Virus record (IMG/VR): IMGVR_UViG_3300013111_000216
Location: 1 to 51,297 of that record
DNA length: 51,297 nt
Reading direction: 5' to 3' (one strand)
Source of the DNA: a virus
Lineage: Duplodnaviria; Caudoviricetes
In this document: positions 45,697 through 51,297 of the stretch, in pieces
How the letters are laid out: each line of letters opens with the position of its first letter
Position numbering within the stretch: position 1 is the first letter of the stretch
Program-made: the position numbers and the translations under genes
Notes under the pieces: generated by a model
What the model was told of the DNA's origin: nothing
The model's input: the letters and a program-made list of their open reading frames with translations, nothing else
Database searches by the model: none

Positions 45697-46891
45697 CACT
45701 CGGGTTTTACCTGATTGGATTGACAGTTATTTAGAATACGTAGAGAATACAGAACCACCTAAGCTTTTCAATAAGTGGGTAGCCATCTCTACAGTAGCCG
45801 CCGCGTTACAGCGTAAAGTATACGCTCGTTTTGGGACAGATTTGTATTTCTATCCTAATATGTATATCGTCTTAGTTGGCCCATCTGCCACGCAGAAATC
45901 AACTTCGATGAAACCAGCCCGGCGGCTACTTCAAGATATCGGCGTCCCGATAACAGCGGAGGTCATAACCCGTGAAGCCCTCATCCGAAGATTTGCTAAG
46001 ACTGAGTCTGCAGACATCAGCCCCGAATCTGTTGTCGTCATTAACCATAGTAGTCTCACCGTCCATTCCAGCGAACTCACTGTGTTTTTGGGATTCAACA
46101 ACCCTCAGTTCCTCCGGGATCTCTGTGACTTCTATGACTGTCCCAATCAGTGGCAATACGAGACTAAAACCCAAGGAGTTGACAAGCTCTCGAACATGTA
46201 CTTTAACCTTGTCGGAGCCTCTACCGCTGAATCACTTCAACAGGCTCTTTCAGCAGATGCTATCGGAGGTGGGCTTACTTCCAGAATGATCTTCATCTAC
46301 GCCGAACAGAAAGACAAAGTCGTCCCTTTCCACGAAATCACAGAAGAAGAAAAGGAGATGGAGAAAGCCCTACTAGGGGATCTCCGCTCTATCCACCGCA
46401 TGATGGGTGGTGTGCAGGTCAGTCCGGAGTTCAGAGAGTTATACACGGGCTGGAGTTTAGAAACTGAAGAAAACCCGCCGTTTCTAGATGAACGATTTCA
46501 CGGTTATAATGGCCGGCGAAGGAACCATCTGGTCAAACTCGCAGTGATATCGTCCGCCAGTCGCGGCGGGTCTCTTATCTTATCAGCAAAGGACTTCGAG
46601 CGTTCACTCAATTGGTTAGTGGATGCCGAGCGAGATATGCAACGCGCCCTTGCTGGAGTGGGACGATCTGAGCTTGCCTTCCTTATTGCTAAAGTCAGAA
46701 TGATTATCGAAAACTTCGACCGTAAAAACATCCCGCTGAAATTTACTGATATCCTTCGAAGATGTATGGATGATGCACCTGAGCCCGATCTCAGGAAGGT
46801 TGTCATAACCCTGGAACGCGTCGGGGAGATCAAAACCGAACGTATCAAAGGCTCCGCTGATTGGCGTATCGAGGTTGTTGTAAACGAGTGA
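45689..46891 (+). CDS. DUF3987/YfjI-type P-loop helicase
   Basis: YPNMYIVLVGPSATQKST, SEL, LCDFYD, GGGLTSRMIF. Confidence 0.75.
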   Translation: MFDTRVLPDWIDSYLEYVENTEPPKLFNKWVAISTVAAALQRKVYARFGTDLYFYPNMYIVLVGPSATQKSTSMKPARRLLQDIGVPITAEVITREALIRRFAKTESADISPESVVVINHSSLTVHSSELTVFLGFNNPQFLRDLCDFYDCPNQWQYETKTQGVDKLSNMYFNLVGASTAESLQQALSADAIGGGLTSRMIFIYAEQKDKVVPFHEITEEEKEMEKALLGDLRSIHRMMGGVQVSPEFRELYTGWSLETEENPPFLDERFHGYNGRRRNHLVKLAVISSASRGGSLILSAKDFERSLNWLVDAERDMQRALAGVGRSELAFLIAKVRMIIENFDRKNIPLKFTDILRRCMDDAPEPDLRKVVITLERVGEIKTERIKGSADWRIEVVVNE

Positions 46892-46892
46892 T

Positions 46893-46907
46893 GTTACAAT
46901 ATGGAAC
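46893..46907. promoter_or_regulatory. parS-like palindrome copy 10 (GTTACA-ATA-TGGAAC), between convergent stop codons
   Basis: Fills the 17-bp gap between 46891 and 46909. Confidence 0.7.
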
Positions 46908-46908
46908 G

Positions 46909-49900
46909 CTACTTGGGTTCTGGTAGCGCGACGACGTTTTCACTGGTTACACCTCGCCAGCCTTTGATCTTCCTATGTGTTTTGAAATAAGCTCTGTCCA
47001 TCTTCTGCTCAAGCTCAAGGAATCTCTTTTCAAACAAGTATTCCTTTTGCATAAGCTCGGTTTCACTAATGTCTTCGTTCATCGCCTGCTTATGCACCCA
47101 ACCAAATCCTCGCTTGAGTTCTTCCATATCCCTGCCGACCCTCAACCACTCTGGTTTCCTAACGTAGGAGAACGAGAACTGGTTCAAAAGGAACTGATGC
47201 CAATAAGCATGTTCTCGATAAAGGATTCTGTGAACCAACTCATCAGTATCATTCCAGAAAGAATCACCCATCGCCTCTGCAATGTCGTCACCGAACCCAG
47301 GGATTCCCCTAGTCAACTTAACCCACGGCAAAGCTTCGACATAGATATACTTCGCCATGTCTGCAAACTGGCCGTAGTTAACACCTAAGCCATTCGGCAG
47401 ATTTATTCGCCTCAGGTCGTATTCATCATAGATCGGACCGCCCGAGGGTTTTTGATTATTCAACAAAGCAATAATAATAGGGAACATTGGTGTCAACTGG
47501 TATTTCTCTGAAGCCAACGCATCCGCGATAGGTCTCTGCGACACCCCGGCAAACTCCCTAACCTGCCGATAAAGGTGGCGCAACACAAGGTTGAACGGGG
47601 TACTCACGGCCGTTACCAGTTCGAACTCAGCTCCTTCATCGTCGACCAACCTCTTAACATACCGCACTCCCCAATCATCATCTTCGTATCCCAACGAGTT
47701 CATGAGAAAGTCTACTGCGATATTCGAAGCGATCATGAGACCCAGTGCGCCTGTTGCCCCAGCGTGGTAGATATTCCTATCCTTCCAAGTCCTTGGTTTG
47801 TTCAGCGCAGGGGTCTGCCTCACAGTCTCCTTAATATTATCTAACACCAACTTAGACATTGCTATCTTAAACGTTGGTGTGTATAGCCACCACATACCCT
47901 TCGTTCTCAACTTAGGATGCACACTTGTATAGGCGCCGTGGAATCTATTCGCCGTCCACGCGGCTTCCTCAATAGTGAACCCTTTATCTACCAACATCAT
48001 AGCTGTTGCAACACGCTGGATTCTATCCATCTGCCAAGCCAACTTCCATGCGATCAACCTATAAAACGGCGAAGCAGTTGCCACCGTCTGAGCGGCTCTA
48101 CCAACGTTCTTCCCAAGATGCTTGGCGACAGAATCCCCTTCCTTCTTCTCATTCTCCCACATTGTGAGATCATAAATCATCCTGTTATACCAAGGACCTT
48201 TTTTCATTTTGTCTATTTCAAGATCCCTATATGGACTTGGATAAGGTTGTCCCGCTACACCGTTCCACAACACGGCCTGGGCGAACGTCGACATAACCAT
48301 ATGATCCTTCGCCGCCCGAGCCATATATTCCAGCATATTGAATGAATCTTCACCCAACCCATCTGCGCCGTACAAATGCTTAAATGCCTTACCTACGTAG
48401 TGTGGAAACAGGAGGGCACGAGACCTGGCCACTGCCGCGTGCTGGAACAAGTTGTAAGTAGCCAGCAACAACGGCTTTGTAAACGACCACAGTTTGATCT
48501 TAGTCACTAACCGCGCAAACGGATTATATTCCACGTGGAAGTTGTTCATAGATTGGATATAGTTCAAGAGAACCTTATCAACCTTATACCCCTCCAACAT
48601 CTTGAACCCGCGTGGCGGGTAAGACCAGAAGATCTGCCAACCCTTGTCTTCAATCGGCCCTGTTTGAGCCTGCAGCTTCTCATTCGGCGCTAGCTTCCGA
48701 ACAAGCCCGTCTTCAATACCTGCACGGATAACAGTGTTCCACGCGATATCGTTGGCGGCCATAAAGCCGTATTCCCAAACACTATCTATTATATCAACCT
48801 TCTCTGGATCAAACCCTCCGGGGTATTCCCCAGTTTCTTCATCCTTCTCCAGTAGATCACTTATGAAAAACGTACGACGCTTTTGTCGCATCTTGTAACT
48901 TAGCGACTGTAGGGTACTCAAAGTCCTCTTCGGGTTATGCTTTACATCGCTAGCAAACCAGCTCATCATTATGTGAACAAACCCTGCAGCTTCCTCATCT
49001 GGGGTTCTTTTCTTAGCAAGTTCCACAGTTCTAACAAACTCTTCGAGAGCAGCTTGGCTATCTGGCGAGGAATTCTGAGGACGCCCCAACTCTCTATTCG
49101 CCCAATTCAACATAGTGTCAAAGTGGTCATACTCGAGGATACCAGACGCCTTAGCTGCTTGTCTGACCTCTTGGAAGAACGCCCTGATTAGTTGCCTACC
49201 AGGTTCTATTTTATTCCTCATTGCCGCAGGGACTTCTGCTTCATACCTCGATTGTGGTAGATCTGAGTAGAGAGCGAGAGCCCGACGTTCCTCTCTCGTC
49301 AAACCCAACGCATCTATCCCACGCATAACCATCTTAATCTGTTGCAAAACAGCATCTTGGCGAGTGGCCCAAAGGGGGATTGCTCTTTCTAATCTACCCT
49401 TCCCGACACCTCTAAACAACGCGCCGTGTTCAAAGTAATTCTCAAGCCTCCGGATGCCTTCCTTGTTATTCAACAAAGAACCCAACGGAGCGTGATCGTC
49501 CATCGCCGCTCTGATATACTGCCCAGGTAGAGCATCATCCCCTGTGCCTTCCAGTGCACCTATGAATGCATTCTCGAAGAAGCTACTCGCCTCTGGTGAC
49601 AGCGGCTCTTTATGAAAACCAAAGTCTGATGTTCTATTATAGAGATTCAGCAAATGCTCACGGGCCATATTAAGAACCGCCAACCTCTCCTGGTTCATCT
49701 CTATCGCCTTATTGAACATAATGAAGTTTAGGAAATCGTTAGCGAATGCCTCTTGTCCTCCAACTTCACCATACTTATCCACATACTCAGTTTGGAAATA
49801 CCGACGTTGTTCACCAGTCATAGAGTGTACCCAAAGGTGGGCAAACTCATGAGCTATTGTTCCAAGATCTCCGGAGCGGAAAATAGATATAGCCGCCTGT

Positions 49901-51297
49901 GTCTGGTTTCTCAACCAAGTGGCACCCTTCACAACCTTCTTATCGTTCCCACGTTGGAAGACAGGATCTTGGGCCCAATCAACAAGATCGGGTGTTATCT
50001 GAAGATACAAATCATCAAAGAAGGTTTTACTACTATATCGTCCAGATTCTACTTTACCTGTTGTCAATTTGGATCGTGGACCGGACTCGTTACTATTCCT
50101 TCCTTTCGCAATCTTCTTGAGTTTACCAGGAAGGGACTCACCATAAAAGTTAAGAGTCCCCTTCCCTCCATTGCGAATGAACCTAGTCCGCATTGAGTTG
50201 AATTCCCCAAACCCAAAACTACCGGCTTGAATCATCAAAGCGTGTTCCTCACTCGGGAAAGCTATCTCAGTAAACCCACGCTTATGTGCTTCGATGACTA
50301 GATCTTTTAGAACATGATCCAACCACATGCCGTTCATTCCCGGGGATGGCGCATAGTCACCCTGCTTATAGTTATACGCATCCACCCAAATCGCTATAAG
50401 GTCTTCATTATCGCTTATAAAATCTATTAAGTCGTAATACCTACGCTTTGCCTCTTTTGCTGTTATATTCCCACTAACCAATTCTTCTTCTATCTCAGCC
50501 TTAAGGTCCTGCATCTTCTCGTCAAGCTTTTGCATATCTGTTATATTAAATCTCTCAATAAAACTCTCTAAAGTATGAACAACTGTAGAATGCTCTTCTC
50601 TATCTTTTACTGTCTCTTTTGCTATTGACTGTAATTGAAGACGAGCGTGATTATAATAAGTCTCCGTTATAGCACGTTGTAATGTATTAGGATTCAACTT
50701 CCTACCGTTCATTCCACCTTTCTTATATGCCTGTACTAAGTCATATCCATATCCATCTGTGTCTCCTATCCAAGTATAAAAATCACTCATTAACAAATCA
50801 GGGTCTCGCAATATACTAACATCCCCTAGGTATAAAACCTGTCCGACATAATCTCTTATCGCTGTATTTCCTACTAAAGATTTTGCAACTTTTTGATTTC
50901 GTTGACTTAAGAAATTATACCCGTACTTATTCCCTTTCTGATGATGATCGCTCTGTATTTCAATCACGAACATCACCTTCCCGTTTTCGCCCATTCTCAC
51001 ATCAAAACGGGCGTGGGCCATATTGACTCGACCGTAAGGAGTCTCTTTTCTATAGTGGGAACTTGACCTACCTGGTCCTGTAGAGGTAAAATACAACCTC
51101 TCAACATAATCCGTATTATCCATATCAGACGCACCAGAATGCTGCACATCCGTTTCGGTAGTCGTTAATGAGCTACCATCATACCCGTCAATTAGTTTCT
51201 CTTGTAGCACAATTCCTTTTATAAAATCAACAAGATCCTCGTTCACAGAGGTCATCTTCCCGTCTTCGCCTAATTCGTGATTGAATAAAACACTATA
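46909..51297 (-). CDS. C-terminal part of the giant polyvalent virion protein (HExxH metallopeptidase-like domain plus ejection-type C-terminus)
   Basis: 1448-aa track ORF is open upstream through the join; HEFAH at 49837-49851 followed by QEAFA; HARFD...EIQSD motif near 50950-51020. Confidence 0.85.
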   Translation of the reverse strand, partial: YSVLFNHELGEDGKMTSVNEDLVDFIKGIVLQEKLIDGYDGSSLTTTETDVQHSGASDMDNTDYVERLYFTSTGPGRSSSHYRKETPYGRVNMAHARFDVRMGENGKVMFVIEIQSDHHQKGNKYGYNFLSQRNQKVAKSLVGNTAIRDYVGQVLYLGDVSILRDPDLLMSDFYTWIGDTDGYGYDLVQAYKKGGMNGRKLNPNTLQRAITETYYNHARLQLQSIAKETVKDREEHSTVVHTLESFIERFNITDMQKLDEKMQDLKAEIEEELVSGNITAKEAKRRYYDLIDFISDNEDLIAIWVDAYNYKQGDYAPSPGMNGMWLDHVLKDLVIEAHKRGFTEIAFPSEEHALMIQAGSFGFGEFNSMRTRFIRNGGKGTLNFYGESLPGKLKKIAKGRNSNESGPRSKLTTGKVESGRYSSKTFFDDLYLQITPDLVDWAQDPVFQRGNDKKVVKGATWLRNQTQAAISIFRSGDLGTIAHEFAHLWVHSMTGEQRRYFQTEYVDKYGEVGGQEAFANDFLNFIMFNKAIEMNQERLAVLNMAREHLLNLYNRTSDFGFHKEPLSPEASSFFENAFIGALEGTGDDALPGQYIRAAMDDHAPLGSLLNNKEGIRRLENYFEHGALFRGVGKGRLERAIPLWATRQDAVLQQIKMVMRGIDALGLTREERRALALYSDLPQSRYEAEVPAAMRNKIEPGRQLIRAFFQEVRQAAKASGILEYDHFDTMLNWANRELGRPQNSSPDSQAALEEFVRTVELAKKRTPDEEAAGFVHIMMSWFASDVKHNPKRTLSTLQSLSYKMRQKRRTFFISDLLEKDEETGEYPGGFDPEKVDIIDSVWEYGFMAANDIAWNTVIRAGIEDGLVRKLAPNEKLQAQTGPIEDKGWQIFWSYPPRGFKMLEGYKVDKVLLNYIQSMNNFHVEYNPFARLVTKIKLWSFTKPLLLATYNLFQHAAVARSRALLFPHYVGKAFKHLYGADGLGEDSFNMLEYMARAAKDHMVMSTFAQAVLWNGVAGQPYPSPYRDLEIDKMKKGPWYNRMIYDLTMWENEKKEGDSVAKHLGKNVGRAAQTVATASPFYRLIAWKLAWQMDRIQRVATAMMLVDKGFTIEEAAWTANRFHGAYTSVHPKLRTKGMWWLYTPTFKIAMSKLVLDNIKETVRQTPALNKPRTWKDRNIYHAGATGALGLMIASNIAVDFLMNSLGYEDDDWGVRYVKRLVDDEGAEFELVTAVSTPFNLVLRHLYRQVREFAGVSQRPIADALASEKYQLTPMFPIIIALLNNQKPSGGPIYDEYDLRRINLPNGLGVNYGQFADMAKYIYVEALPWVKLTRGIPGFGDDIAEAMGDSFWNDTDELVHRILYREHAYWHQFLLNQFSFSYVRKPEWLRVGRDMEELKRGFGWVHKQAMNEDISETELMQKEYLFEKRFLELEQKMDRAYFKTHRKIKGWRGVTSENVVALPEPK

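Noticed and set aside
46909-51255. Stand-alone 1448-aa protein starting at 51255
   Set aside because: The frame stays open through the circular join up to ATG 3869
51179-51297. 119-bp terminal repeat as a biological DTR
   Set aside because: It falls mid-ORF and its length is typical of an assembler k-mer overlap; it indicates circularity only
1-51297. Stop-codon reassignment, integrase, reverse transcriptase/DGR, introns or inteins
   Set aside because: Core genes are intact in the standard code with normal lengths; no such motifs or TR/VR repeat pairs were seen

Overview
This window is a complete, circularly assembled tailed-phage genome of about 51,178 bp; bases 1-119 repeat at 51179-51297. 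It is podovirus-like, with no tape measure, sheath or integrase recognised. The minus-strand arm (22.6 kb down to 1, wrapping to 46.9 kb) carries lysis, terminase, portal, scaffold, major capsid, tail-tube and ejection-type genes. It ends in a ~2,712-aa giant ORF that crosses the join and contains a DNA methyltransferase and an HExxH peptidase-like domain. The plus-strand arm (23.3-46.9 kb) has small early ORFs, a cluster of tRNA-like RNAs, a beta-helix protein, DNA ligase, PD-(D/E)XK nuclease, AAA ATPase, SSB-like protein, a ParB-methyltransferase fusion, a UDG-PolA fusion and a DUF3987-type helicase. Four signals stand out. (1) Ten copies of a parS-like palindrome GTTMCA-N3-TGKAAC are spread around the genome alongside a ParB-CTPase/HTH/MTase fusion. 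(2) A cluster of circularly permuted, arm-deleted tRNA mimics includes a YrlA-like RNA. (3) The giant, probably injected, protein carries an MTase. (4) Four tandem sigma54 promoter motifs are interleaved with GTTAG-N6-CTAAC palindromes in the divergent control region. All calls come from reading motifs by eye; no searches were run.
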